Part shown: positions 40,011 to 49,608 of the stretch, piece by piece
Position numbering within the stretch: position 1 is the stretch's first letter
Layout: every line of letters starts with the position of its first letter
Source: an uncultured Elusimicrobium sp.
Lineage (GTDB): Bacteria; Elusimicrobiota; Elusimicrobia; Elusimicrobiales; Elusimicrobiaceae
Length of the DNA stretch: 64,000 nt
Assembly (NCBI GenBank): GCA_937891135.1
Contig: CALAFB010000082.1
Span: forward strand, 83,818 to 147,817
Direction of reading: 5' to 3'
Position numbers and translations under genes: made by a program
Notes under the pieces: model-generated
Told to the model about the DNA's origin: nothing
Databases searched by the model: none
The model's input: only the letters and a program-made list of their open reading frames with translations

Positions 40011-41203
40011 TGCGTAAGTTGTTATGCGTGTTGGCGACAGGTTGCTTCTTTGTATCTGCTTTAGTAGCCCCGGCGCGTGCCGAATTAACCCTTCCGCCGG
40101 ATGTAATGGAGTATGCCACGGTGGGGATTAACGGCGTGTATAGTTTGGACTTTGATACTGCCCAACAAAATATCCAAAAGGTTTTTGACCAATACCCGGA
40201 CCACCCGTTTGCCCATTTTGGTAACGCCATGATTGCCTGGAGCCGCTATGAGTACGAGTTTGAAACCAGCGACGATAACCAGCGCAAAGTATTTGAAAAA
40301 ATACTGGATGATTCCATAGACGGTATCAAACGCTGGATTAAAAAACATCCCAAGGATTCCAACGGCTATATGGGCATTGGCGCGCTGTACGGATTGCGTG
40401 CGCTGTTTAATATGCGTAACCGTAATTGGGTAACGTCTTATTTTGCAGGGCGCAAAGCTATTAGCAATTTGGAAAAATCGTTGGAGTTGGACTCTACCTA
40501 TTACGATGCTTACTTTGGCTTAGGCATTTACCAGTATTTTGCAGGTACGCTTCCGTCTGTGATTAAAGTACTGGCGCGCATTGTGGCTATTAAAGGGAAC
40601 CCGCAGCAGGGAGTTGCTTTCTTAAATTTAGCGCGCACCAAAGCACACTTTACAGCGGATAGTGCGAAACTCATTTTAATTGAAGTGCAAAATACGCGCG
40701 GTAGTACGTTTTATGCACCCGAGAAATCGTTGGAATATATCCGGGAACTGAGGGCCAAATTTCCCACGAATCCACTTATGCACTATGTAGAAATTATTTG
40801 CTTGTATGAAACCGGTCAGTATGAGGATGTAACTACGCAAGCAAACGAATTTTTACAGTTAATTGGGAAAGATAAATTTTATAAAGACATTTACATCCCC
40901 CGGGCCTATACGGCTTTGGGAACTGTGCAAATGGCTCAAGGCAATTTTGAACAAGCCCGCGTGCTGTTTGAGGAAAGCAAGCAAAAAACCAGTACGCAAG
41001 CCCCTAGCCGTTGGGAGGTATGGAATGAACTTCGGTTGGGGCAAGTATATGATATACTTGGCCAGCGGGAAAAGGCCCAGGCCCAATATAAGTATGTACT
41101 TTCCTTTAAAGACAAGTGGGGCTTTGACGATTTGGCAAAAAGTTTACTTAAAAAACCTTACACCGTACCACCTGACGGCGTGGGTCCGCTGCCACCGTTG
41201 TAA
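40010..41203 (+). CDS. Secreted TPR protein
   Basis: Signal peptide; TPR-like helices (YYDAYFGLG, RAYTALG). Confidence 0.75.
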   Translation: MRKLLCVLATGCFFVSALVAPARAELTLPPDVMEYATVGINGVYSLDFDTAQQNIQKVFDQYPDHPFAHFGNAMIAWSRYEYEFETSDDNQRKVFEKILDDSIDGIKRWIKKHPKDSNGYMGIGALYGLRALFNMRNRNWVTSYFAGRKAISNLEKSLELDSTYYDAYFGLGIYQYFAGTLPSVIKVLARIVAIKGNPQQGVAFLNLARTKAHFTADSAKLILIEVQNTRGSTFYAPEKSLEYIRELRAKFPTNPLMHYVEIICLYETGQYEDVTTQANEFLQLIGKDKFYKDIYIPRAYTALGTVQMAQGNFEQARVLFEESKQKTSTQAPSRWEVWNELRLGQVYDILGQREKAQAQYKYVLSFKDKWGFDDLAKSLLKKPYTVPPDGVGPLPPL

Positions 41204-41312
41204 AACTTATTATAACTATCCTAGCAACCCTCTTTTAAAAAGGGGGTTGTTTTTTATAAAACACTTTTATACAGTATAGATACCTAATGATAGGTAAGGA
41301 GATAAACAAAAC

Positions 41313-41906
41313 ATGAAGAAATTCGTAATTGCAGTATTAGCCGTGTTGTTTGTTGCCCCGGCCGCGATAGCGGAAGGATGGGGTGTGGGTGTAAAACTCG
41401 GTGCCGGTGAAAACGACCCGAAAACAATGAAAGAAGCCTTTGATTCCTTGGGTGGGGAGTTGGACAAAAATGCCGGATATTTCAACTTAGAAGTTTTACA
41501 CGAGTGGGCCCTGAATGATGAAGCCAACAAAATTGGTGCCAAAGTCGGTTGGGATATGTATGGCGAAAACGAATACAAACGATTAGGTCAAAAGGCTACA
41601 GAAGAAACCTATTCCTTCCCGTTTACCGTTTATTACAAACGCGATAACGGCGTAAAAAATCTTTCTTGGTTCGGCGGGGCGGGTGTAACCATTCTTCGTT
41701 CCAAAATAGAAGTTGGGGCTAATGATACAAGCAAAAACAAGGTATTTCCGCATGTCGTAATCGGTGGGGAATACCGCTTTACTAAAGTATTCGCGCTCGG
41801 TTTAGAAGCCCGCTATAACTTTGCTGCCAAAGTGAAAAAGGACGGCATGGTGTTGTCTGACCGTACCGGATTTGGCGGTGCGTTAACGGGCCGTTTCTAC
41901 TTCTAA
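41313..41906 (+). CDS. Outer-membrane beta-barrel protein
   Basis: Signal peptide; GEYRF, LEARYNF, C-terminal RFYF. Confidence 0.75.
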   Translation: MKKFVIAVLAVLFVAPAAIAEGWGVGVKLGAGENDPKTMKEAFDSLGGELDKNAGYFNLEVLHEWALNDEANKIGAKVGWDMYGENEYKRLGQKATEETYSFPFTVYYKRDNGVKNLSWFGGAGVTILRSKIEVGANDTSKNKVFPHVVIGGEYRFTKVFALGLEARYNFAAKVKKDGMVLSDRTGFGGALTGRFYF

Positions 41907-41926
41907 TTTGTTGTTTTAGAAGATTT

Positions 41927-41957
41927 ATCCCCCCGCTTGTTATAAGTGGGGGGATTA
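41927..41957. terminator. Bidirectional terminator between OMP gene and pilin
   Basis: atccccccgctt..aagtggggggat. Confidence 0.55.
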
Positions 41958-41989
41958 TTATTTTATGCCGATTATGATGCTTTTATAAC

Positions 41990-42562
41990 TTAATATGGCA
42001 AGGTGTATATCCTTGCTCGGTTTTTATATTTAGTGCCCCCCATAATTTTTTGACAATAAGCACCGTCTTCTCCGTCAAATGTTATGCCGTCAAGGTCTCG
42101 TTCGTAACAAATGATAGTATCTGACGGGAATAATCCATCAGGCCGATTCAACCAATACACAAACCCAATGCCTGTATAAGGGCCGGCTATGCGTCCCATG
42201 AAAATAGCATTTCCATACGGACTAGTATACAATTGTAAAGACCATTCTTCATTAGAACGGATATCAGTTGAGCTATTTACCCATTTCTTATTTCCTGTCC
42301 AGCCTGTCAGTTCTACATCTAACTCATTAAACTGAGTAGCATATTTGCCGTTTTCTAAATAGTAGGTTTTTTGTGCTTGTGCTAATGCTTTAAGTACAGT
42401 AAATGCTTGTACAGCACGTGTTTTTTCCACGGCTTTTTGATATTGCGGCAGCGCGACGGCTGCCAAAATACCAATAATCAGTACAACAACTAAGAGTTCC
42501 AGTAATGTAAACCCCTTAGGACAATTTTGCATATAACCCTGCCGGGCGTTTTTTTGAATCAT
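41990..42562 (-). CDS. Type IV pilin (PilE-like)
   Basis: RBS ggag, then MIQKNARQGYMQNCPKG|FTLLELL; the longer track start at 42640 lies inside the leader RNA. Confidence 0.9.
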   Translation of the reverse strand: MIQKNARQGYMQNCPKGFTLLELLVVVLIIGILAAVALPQYQKAVEKTRAVQAFTVLKALAQAQKTYYLENGKYATQFNELDVELTGWTGNKKWVNSSTDIRSNEEWSLQLYTSPYGNAIFMGRIAGPYTGIGFVYWLNRPDGLFPSDTIICYERDLDGITFDGEDGAYCQKIMGGTKYKNRARIYTLPY

Positions 42563-42593
42563 ACTTGTACATTCTCCGTATTGGTTTTTCTTT

Positions 42594-42811
42594 TCTGTTT
42601 CGGAAAACGTACATAAGAACGGCTGATATTTTTGAGTCAATAGAGATGCCCCATGTATAACAGCCGTAGTTTACCATAAAATGACAAACATTCGGTACTA
42701 TATAAGCAAGGGATCAGCTTGCTCATACAGTACCTATTATCGGCCGTTTTTGGATCTCTATTGAACTTGTTACCAAGCGCAAGCGTATTCTTCATACGCT
42801 TCCAAAAACAG
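42594..42811 (-). ncRNA. Conserved structured leader RNA, copy H
   Basis: GCGTAT/ATACGC; P1 TCAATAGAGAT(42764-42754)/ATCTCTATTGA(42647-42637); AACGGCCG/CGGCTGTT; GGTACT/AGTACC; ends cagccgttctt. Confidence 0.85.
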
Positions 42812-42941
42812 ATTTAAAAATTTTAGTTTACTGCCTTTTTATTCTACATAATTTTTTGCTAAATTGATATGTTGTGTTGTTGCGGGGCAGCCCGGTGGGC
42901 CGCTAGTGAGCCAGTAATATAAGAAACAGCTAAAAGGGAAG

Positions 42942-44288
42942 TTAATTTTCCGGCAGGGTTAAATTGCCGTCAGATAAGCAAATGGAATACCCATAGTATT
43001 TGTAATACTCAATGACACTATTTTTGGGCACTTCCAGTTTAGGGTTACGTTTTTTACGGGCTGTCATCACGTAGTAATAAGGAACGGTTTTCATGTGGTC
43101 CGTGCCGGAAGTGCGCACAAAATAACGGTATTGTTTTTTGGCTACCGGCATAAATACAACGCCTAAATTTTTTTGAAGTGTTTCTTCAGAGCAGTTCGTT
43201 TGGGTTTCCAGCATTTTTAATTCCGTGCGGGAAATTTCGGTATATCCTTTTTTTAATAAATTTTGAGCGCGTGTTTGGGCTTTTTGTTTTTGTTCCTGCG
43301 TTAAAGGCGCGGCTTCCCGCGGCAATAAGTATTCTTTTTTACCGGCTAATGCCTGGGTATACACATAAAATCCGCTTTCAGTAAGTGTAGTGTCTTGCGT
43401 AAAAATGTTGCGGTCTTGTTTGTCACGTAATTCAAAAATATCTTTCTCCGGTACGTTTAATTGGCGGAAAACGGCAATCGCATCTTGTCCGATATTTTTT
43501 TCTAAGGTTTTAAATCCTTCTAAGGTTAACAAATCACGGGCAAAGTCTGTATTTTTATTTAAGGTAACAATCCATTTTTGTGCGTGGGGGCCATATTTAT
43601 TTTTTAAATAATCTACACCGCGGCGTTGTTCGGCCTGATGAATACGGGTAAATAATTGGCGTTTTTCATTTGTTAATTGCGTAACCGTCGGTGCAAGAGC
43701 ATGACGTTGTTTCAACGCAGTTAAAATCTCTTCATCGGTAAAATAGTCCGGCTCTAAGCCGATAAGCCGTTGGCGTGCAATTAAATTGAGCGGCTCTACG
43801 GCGATAGCGGAACGGTAGGTTTGTGCGGCCCCCAATCTATCTCCCTGATTTTCCAGAATCATCCCTTTGCCGATTAGTGAATTAACATTAGCCGTATTAT
43901 ATTCCAATGATTTAGCATACATATCTAACGCTTGTTTGTTTTGTTGCTGTTTGAGCGCAATATCCCCGAGCATAGAATAGGTATAGGATAAATACGGGTT
44001 AGAACGTTTCATATTTTTAAGAGCGGCTTCAAAATGTATTTTCGCTTCTTCTAATTTTTCTTGCGTAAGTAATGCACCTGCTAAGGAAAGATGGGCATCT
44101 GTATTTTCTGAATCCATTTTCAAACATTGTTCAAAAATTTTTTGTGCTTGTTGATATTGCCGGGCCGTGTACTGATTTTTACCTTCTTCCAAGCAAGCAG
44201 ACAATGTTGCCGGGGTTGCCCATAACGGCCCTGGAACGAATAGGCTGCTTACTAATAAGACGCTAGAAAAAGGTTTTGAGAATAGCAT
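42942..44288 (-). CDS. Secreted TPR protein
   Basis: Signal peptide; N-terminal TPR repeats. Confidence 0.75.
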   Translation of the reverse strand: MLFSKPFSSVLLVSSLFVPGPLWATPATLSACLEEGKNQYTARQYQQAQKIFEQCLKMDSENTDAHLSLAGALLTQEKLEEAKIHFEAALKNMKRSNPYLSYTYSMLGDIALKQQQNKQALDMYAKSLEYNTANVNSLIGKGMILENQGDRLGAAQTYRSAIAVEPLNLIARQRLIGLEPDYFTDEEILTALKQRHALAPTVTQLTNEKRQLFTRIHQAEQRRGVDYLKNKYGPHAQKWIVTLNKNTDFARDLLTLEGFKTLEKNIGQDAIAVFRQLNVPEKDIFELRDKQDRNIFTQDTTLTESGFYVYTQALAGKKEYLLPREAAPLTQEQKQKAQTRAQNLLKKGYTEISRTELKMLETQTNCSEETLQKNLGVVFMPVAKKQYRYFVRTSGTDHMKTVPYYYVMTARKKRNPKLEVPKNSVIEYYKYYGYSICLSDGNLTLPEN

Positions 44289-45123
44289 ATAGTACCGCTT
44301 TTGTTTTTTCCAGTTTGTTTAATTTAATTGGTTTTTTAAATGTAAAATTGGTTTTTTCTATTTTAACAAGATTCCGTTGGTAAATATATCCCATGATTCG
44401 GCAAGGCAGGATAGAGATCGGCCAAAACTCATCTAGAAGTTGGAAAGCACGTTGGTAATTTTCTTGTGCCCGTGATGCACACCGTTGAAACATGGTTTTT
44501 AGTACATTTGCACGGACACTCCCCAGTATTAGGGAGGTATCCTGTAAGGTATGGTTTTTCCGATGTATTAGTAAAATTTCTTCGGCAGATAACTGGCACG
44601 GCAGATATACACGGCCTAATTTGGCATCTTCATATACATCCCGTATGATATTGGTCAGTTGTACGGCGGTTCCTAGGGTTTGGGCTAATTCATCTGCTTT
44701 GGGCCCTTTAACCCCTAAAATATCCAATGTGGTTTTTCCGACAATTACCGCCACCCGGTAAATATACCAATCTAGCGGACCGAATAAATCTTCTTGGTTA
44801 TCGGGCGCATAACTTTTATGTTGCAAATCAGCTTCCATGCCCTCTAAAAGCAATCTAAACCGGTCTTCAGAAAGGTGAAAATGTTGTACGTCTTTTAAAA
44901 GCTGCTTTCCCAGTTTTGTACGAGGGGCCCTAATAAATACAAACTGTATTTCTTGGCGCAGGGCCTGCAATGCTTTTTGCGGATCGTCGGACGGTTCATC
45001 TACAATATCATCTGCCAAGCGGCAAAATTCGTAATAATGGGCCAAAGCCTGGCGTTTGCGTCTACTTAAAAAAAGAAATGCCGGTCCAAAACTGGATTTT
45101 TTGTATGCCGCCAACTCGCTCAT
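44263..45123 (-). CDS. Phytoene/squalene synthase family protein
   Basis: SSF, YEFCRLADDIVD, QLTNIIRDV.ED..GRVYLP. Confidence 0.88.
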   Translation of the reverse strand: MSELAAYKKSSFGPAFLFLSRRKRQALAHYYEFCRLADDIVDEPSDDPQKALQALRQEIQFVFIRAPRTKLGKQLLKDVQHFHLSEDRFRLLLEGMEADLQHKSYAPDNQEDLFGPLDWYIYRVAVIVGKTTLDILGVKGPKADELAQTLGTAVQLTNIIRDVYEDAKLGRVYLPCQLSAEEILLIHRKNHTLQDTSLILGSVRANVLKTMFQRCASRAQENYQRAFQLLDEFWPISILPCRIMGYIYQRNLVKIEKTNFTFKKPIKLNKLEKTKAVLYAILKTFF

Positions 45124-45959
45124 TTTATTTTCTCCTGTTTATATAAATACGATAATGCAGCCCCGGTAGCCGTAGCATAAATGGCATTTTTGGGAATAAT
45201 AAAATGAATTCCATGCATTTTATGCAACGCCTGGAATACTTTTGCCGCTAAAGGGACTTGCGAAAGTGTGCCGGTTAAAATCACATCTTTCATGGATTCG
45301 TTACGGCAGGCAAATACAGCCATCATGCCAACGGTTTGAAACACCATATTAAGTACCCCTGCTGCTAAATCTGCAGGCTGCAATCCATCTTCCATTTTAC
45401 CAAAGTTAGAGGCGGTCGTTTCTTTGGAAAGGGTAGAAATGGCCCGGGGGGAAATATCCCCAATGTTTAAATCTACTTTATGCAGGGTTCCTTGTTCAGC
45501 CAAACGTACCACGGTATGAAACGATTTAACGCCGCATAGCTGGCTGCATAACCCTACTACCGTACCGCCGCCTACGCCGGACCCTCCAATATGGAAAATG
45601 CCTTTTTTACCGGCGCGTACAAATGCCGTTCCCGTCCCCATACTAACCACAAGCCCTTCTTTTTTACGAGAGAGAGCCAGCCCGCCTAGTCCGATTGCTT
45701 TAAATTCATCTACAAAAGAAGTAGGTATACCATAAATGTTTTGTTTAAAAAGAGCCGACCCCACCCCGGTTAAAATAATTTGTTTTACGTCTGTAAGGGC
45801 GAGATTGTTTTCGTTAATAAATTTGCCAAGAGCTCCGTAGGCACTTGTTAACGGGTCGGCTGCTTCTACTTTTAACATAGAAATCAATTTGGTTTGGGCG
45901 GTGTATCCTACAATTTTAGTCGTAGATCCGCCGACATCAATCCCAATAATCACGCTCAT
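45120..45959 (-). CDS. Type II pantothenate kinase-like protein
   Basis: IGIDVGGSTTK, LTGVG, EF, VSMGTGT, GGSGVGGGT, TASNFGK. Confidence 0.8.
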   Translation of the reverse strand: MSVIIGIDVGGSTTKIVGYTAQTKLISMLKVEAADPLTSAYGALGKFINENNLALTDVKQIILTGVGSALFKQNIYGIPTSFVDEFKAIGLGGLALSRKKEGLVVSMGTGTAFVRAGKKGIFHIGGSGVGGGTVVGLCSQLCGVKSFHTVVRLAEQGTLHKVDLNIGDISPRAISTLSKETTASNFGKMEDGLQPADLAAGVLNMVFQTVGMMAVFACRNESMKDVILTGTLSQVPLAAKVFQALHKMHGIHFIIPKNAIYATATGAALSYLYKQEKIK

Positions 45960-48004
45960 TTTCCCTCCAGGCCGATAGATTTTAAGAACGGCTTGTTGTC
46001 TACCGGGCGGCCCAAGAAGTTTTGTACCAGTTTTTCTTCCTCTTCGCTGCCGCCTTTTTCTAAAATTTCACGGCGGAATTTTAAGCCGGTTTCCGGGTTG
46101 AAAATACCGTTTTTTTCAAACTCGCTAAAGAAATCTTCGGCAATTACTTCGGACCATAAATACCCATAATAACCCGCATCATAACCGCCCATAATATGCC
46201 CAAATGAGGCTTGCGGCCAGGTATTTTTGGTAAGCGGCAAGGCACGGATTTTCTGAGTTAGGTCAAAGTATAGTTTGGTGCTATCTGGTGTTTTGTCAGC
46301 GGTGTGTAAGGTCATATCGTACTGGGCAAAAAAGTTTTGGCGCAAATACGTACCGCCGGACCCAAAATTTTTGGCGGCAATCATTCGTTGAATTAACTCA
46401 TCCGGCAACGGTTCTCCCGTTTTGTAATGTCGGCTGATTTTTTTGAGCACAGTAGGATCCCAGGCCCAGCGTTCTAGTAATTGACTAGGGGCTTCTACAA
46501 AATCCCAACTGACGCTGGTGCCGCTAAAGGCCCGGTATTTGGATTTTGTGAGGGCGTTATGTAACACGTGCCCAAATTCGTGGAACAAAGTTTCCACTTC
46601 CCCGTGTTTGAGTAAGGAAGGGTTTTGGGCAGAGGGTTTATTTAGGTTGGCTACGATGGCTACAAACGGCATTTGATACGTGCCGTTTTCTTTTTCAAAT
46701 CCTTCCACCAGGTCAAAACAGGCGGCATGTTTATATTTCCCTTCCCGCGGGTATAAGTCCATATAAAAATATGCGATAGGAACCCCGGATTGTTTGTCTT
46801 TAATTAAAAATGCTTTTACATCTTCGTGCCAAGTAGGTATAGTGGCCGGTTCAAACGTAATGCCAAATACGCCGCCGAATAAATCCAGCATGCCGTCAAT
46901 TACTACTTGAGAGGGGAAATATTCTTTAATTTTTTCGCTGTCTAACTGTAAATTCTCTTTACGGTATTTGTTGGCCCAATAGCCCGATTCCCACGGATAA
47001 ATGGTGCGAGATTTTTTGCCGGTTTTTTCATTTTTATAAGCAATAAGAAATTTATCTTCTGCTTTGCCCATGGGTTTTAGTTTCTTTTGTAAATCTTTTA
47101 AAAATCTCATTACGTTTTGCGGATTTTTGGCCATGCGGTCTTCCAATTTTAAATCCGCGTGGGTGGGATAGCCCAACAAATGGGCAATTTGGCGGCGCAA
47201 GGTAATGGTTTTTTCTAACAGTTCTACATTTTGTTCTCCGCCACGGCGATTGTATTTGTACTCTAGGGCTTTGCGGGATTCTTCGTCATCGGCATTGAGC
47301 ATAAAAGGAACATAGTCCGGATAATCTAGCGTTACTAGGTAGTGCCCGTCTTCGGTTTTCTGCAATTTGCCGATGTAATCTTCTCCTAAGCCTTTTAATT
47401 GTTCTTGTGTCACGGTTAACGGGTCTTTGTATTCTTGGATGTTTTTTTCAAACTGAATGATATAGCCGGCTTTTTCTTTGTTTAGGGTTTTAAATTTTTC
47501 TAAATCTTCATCATTCAAATCCATCCCGCTGTGTTTAAAACCGATAAGCATTTCTTTAACGAGTTTTGCTTCTACCGGGCCGAGTTGCGGATTCGTATCG
47601 GTATATTCCCGAATGGCTTTGTACACATCACGCCGGGTGGCTACGTCCACCATATATTGGCTGATTTGCAGTTGTAAATCGGTCATGGTATCACGGAAAT
47701 TTTTGTCTGTAGAAACGTACGATAAAAAGCCGGACATTCCTAGCGCATCGCCGTATTTATCAAAGGCTTTTTCATAGCCTAAAATGGTGTTTTCAAAGGT
47801 GCGCTGTTCTTTGGGAATTGCAATTAACGCAGTAAGGTCTTTTTCCAGTTGGGCGCGGGCGGCCTGCTCGGCAGGGGCTAAATCTTCGGCCTTATAACTA
47901 AAGTGAAGAACTCCGTTCTTGTTAAACATATTTGGCATAGCAAAGACCCCCGTGGTTAAAAAAAATAAAAAAGATATGAGTACAATTTTTTTCATCATAC
48001 TCAT
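45956..48004 (-). CDS. M3 family oligopeptidase (thimet/neurolysin-like), secreted
   Basis: DLYPREGKY, LFHEFGHVLH, DFVEAPSQ, GYDAGYYGYLWS. Confidence 0.92.
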   Translation of the reverse strand: MSMMKKIVLISFLFFLTTGVFAMPNMFNKNGVLHFSYKAEDLAPAEQAARAQLEKDLTALIAIPKEQRTFENTILGYEKAFDKYGDALGMSGFLSYVSTDKNFRDTMTDLQLQISQYMVDVATRRDVYKAIREYTDTNPQLGPVEAKLVKEMLIGFKHSGMDLNDEDLEKFKTLNKEKAGYIIQFEKNIQEYKDPLTVTQEQLKGLGEDYIGKLQKTEDGHYLVTLDYPDYVPFMLNADDEESRKALEYKYNRRGGEQNVELLEKTITLRRQIAHLLGYPTHADLKLEDRMAKNPQNVMRFLKDLQKKLKPMGKAEDKFLIAYKNEKTGKKSRTIYPWESGYWANKYRKENLQLDSEKIKEYFPSQVVIDGMLDLFGGVFGITFEPATIPTWHEDVKAFLIKDKQSGVPIAYFYMDLYPREGKYKHAACFDLVEGFEKENGTYQMPFVAIVANLNKPSAQNPSLLKHGEVETLFHEFGHVLHNALTKSKYRAFSGTSVSWDFVEAPSQLLERWAWDPTVLKKISRHYKTGEPLPDELIQRMIAAKNFGSGGTYLRQNFFAQYDMTLHTADKTPDSTKLYFDLTQKIRALPLTKNTWPQASFGHIMGGYDAGYYGYLWSEVIAEDFFSEFEKNGIFNPETGLKFRREILEKGGSEEEEKLVQNFLGRPVDNKPFLKSIGLEGK

Positions 48005-48040
48005 ATCATAGCATTTATGAAGGGACTACCCCAAAATTAG

Positions 48041-48610
48041 TTATTTGAAAAAATGTACCGCCGAACCCACAATGAGTGTTTTCCCCCATATTTTGGTGCA
48101 CCAATCTCCCAGATTATGTTTGTCTTTGAAATAAGTCGTATACTCCAGGCAACCTAATCCGCGCGAATTATAACCCCCTCCATATGCAATTTGTTTGTAA
48201 GGCATATAGTAAAACCCAGCCCATTGATACGGCCCGGCTTTGAGTCCCAGATAAATAGAACCGGTATAAGACCCTTCTTGGCTAATAGACAAGGTCCAAT
48301 TTCCGTTTTCATGGCAATCCGTAGCTAAAGGATAAAACTGAGAAAAGTTTCCGATATGACACCCGGCGTTCCATTCCGGTGATAAAGGAACATCCAATTG
48401 AGCAAAAGAAGAGGCATATTCCCCGTGTTGTAAGAAATATACTTCTTGCGCTTGTGCTAATTCTTTTAGTATCACAAGTTGCGCCGATGCGTCACTTTTT
48501 AATACGGCTTGTTGGTATTGCGGCAAGGCTACAGCTGCCAAAATACCAATGATAAGAATTACTACCAGTAATTCAATGAGGGTAAACCCTCTTTGTTTTT
48601 GATTTGTCAT
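48041..48610 (-). CDS. Type IV pilin (PilE-like)
   Basis: [32 protein letters not shown]. Confidence 0.92.
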   Translation of the reverse strand: MTNQKQRGFTLIELLVVILIIGILAAVALPQYQQAVLKSDASAQLVILKELAQAQEVYFLQHGEYASSFAQLDVPLSPEWNAGCHIGNFSQFYPLATDCHENGNWTLSISQEGSYTGSIYLGLKAGPYQWAGFYYMPYKQIAYGGGYNSRGLGCLEYTTYFKDKHNLGDWCTKIWGKTLIVGSAVHFFK

Positions 48611-48642
48611 TTTATACTCCTGTTATTTCATTTACAATTTAA

Positions 48643-48856
48643 TGTTTTTGGAATATAAAACGAACGGCCATTACCGTTAAGTATCTTCGAAGCCTTAACG
48701 ATAACAACCGCAGCCCGCCGTTCCTACCTAAGCAGGAACGGCAAACACTCGGCACACATTAGCCGTCGCTTTTGTGTGCCTGATAGCGGTTGTTCTTGGA
48801 TTCGAAGATAACGTTTTTATACGTGCTCCGTATTCTACATACGGTTCCAAAAACAG
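48643..48856 (-). ncRNA. Conserved structured leader RNA, copy I
   Basis: TATACT 48879-48874; CCGTAT/ATACGG; P1 TATCTTCGAA(48810-48801)/TTCGAAGATA(48691-48682); AACAACCG/CGGTTGTT; GGCACAC/GTGTGCC; 18 bp terminator stem. Confidence 0.87.
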
Positions 48857-49006
48857 CAATAAATTGTATCTATAGTATAATAAAAAAAATGCCCGGATAA
48901 CAAGGCAGCTGCCGCTACGTGTTTTCTAATGCGGGCTTATATTTTCTCTACATAAAAATAGGGGGAAACTTACGTTTCCCCCGGTTGTGTTTAAAAAAAT
49001 CACTAG

Positions 49007-49471
49007 TTATTGTTTAAAAAATCCCCACAGGTTGGCGTTATAAATCCATCCTTTGCAAATACCATCCGAAGCTTTTACAGGTTCATCTTTTACTTGAATC
49101 CATTTCCCTTTGCGGGAGATGTATTTAAAAGGATATCCTTTTTCTACCGTGCAGACAATATCGGAATCCGCAGACGGGCTTTTGCGTACGTTTAAATCTA
49201 CTTTCGCAGACATTCCACCCGCAGGACTCAATAAAGAGGCGGAAATCCACCCTTGGTATCCTTCAAAATCTTTTACCAATACCCAGTCTTTATCTTCGTT
49301 GGTTTGTAACATAATTACCGGCGTATAATGCCAGGCGTAAAATTTAACATCACAATTCGTTCCGGCGCATTTGCGGATATTAGCCCGCTTGGCGTTGACG
49401 CTGGCATATTTTTGGGCAAAAACCGGCGCGGTAAAAAGTGCTAACAACAAAAAAACAATGATTTTTTTCAT
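49007..49471 (-). CDS. Secreted tandem SH3b-domain protein
   Basis: Signal peptide MKKII..VFA; ANIR..W..V.D.EG..GWI repeated twice. Confidence 0.8.
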   Translation of the reverse strand: MKKIIVFLLLALFTAPVFAQKYASVNAKRANIRKCAGTNCDVKFYAWHYTPVIMLQTNEDKDWVLVKDFEGYQGWISASLLSPAGGMSAKVDLNVRKSPSADSDIVCTVEKGYPFKYISRKGKWIQVKDEPVKASDGICKGWIYNANLWGFFKQ

Positions 49472-49608
49472 AGTTCTCCTTACGTTATAAATACGGCTAT
49501 AAAATTTCACACTAAAAGTATAGCAATACTGGGCAATACTTTGCAAGCACTTTTTTGACAAGTCCTAAAAAAGTTATAATATAAAAAATTCCAAGCAGGA
49601 GACTTAGC

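Noticed and set aside
42563..42640. N-terminal extension MTQKYQPF... of the 41990..42640 ORF
   Set aside because: It begins inside the leader terminator with no RBS; the ATG at 42562 has ggag and matches the paralogs.
5000..48610. Diversity-generating retroelement acting on pilins
   Set aside because: No reverse transcriptase and no TR/VR pair differing only at adenines; the pilin C-termini are too divergent.
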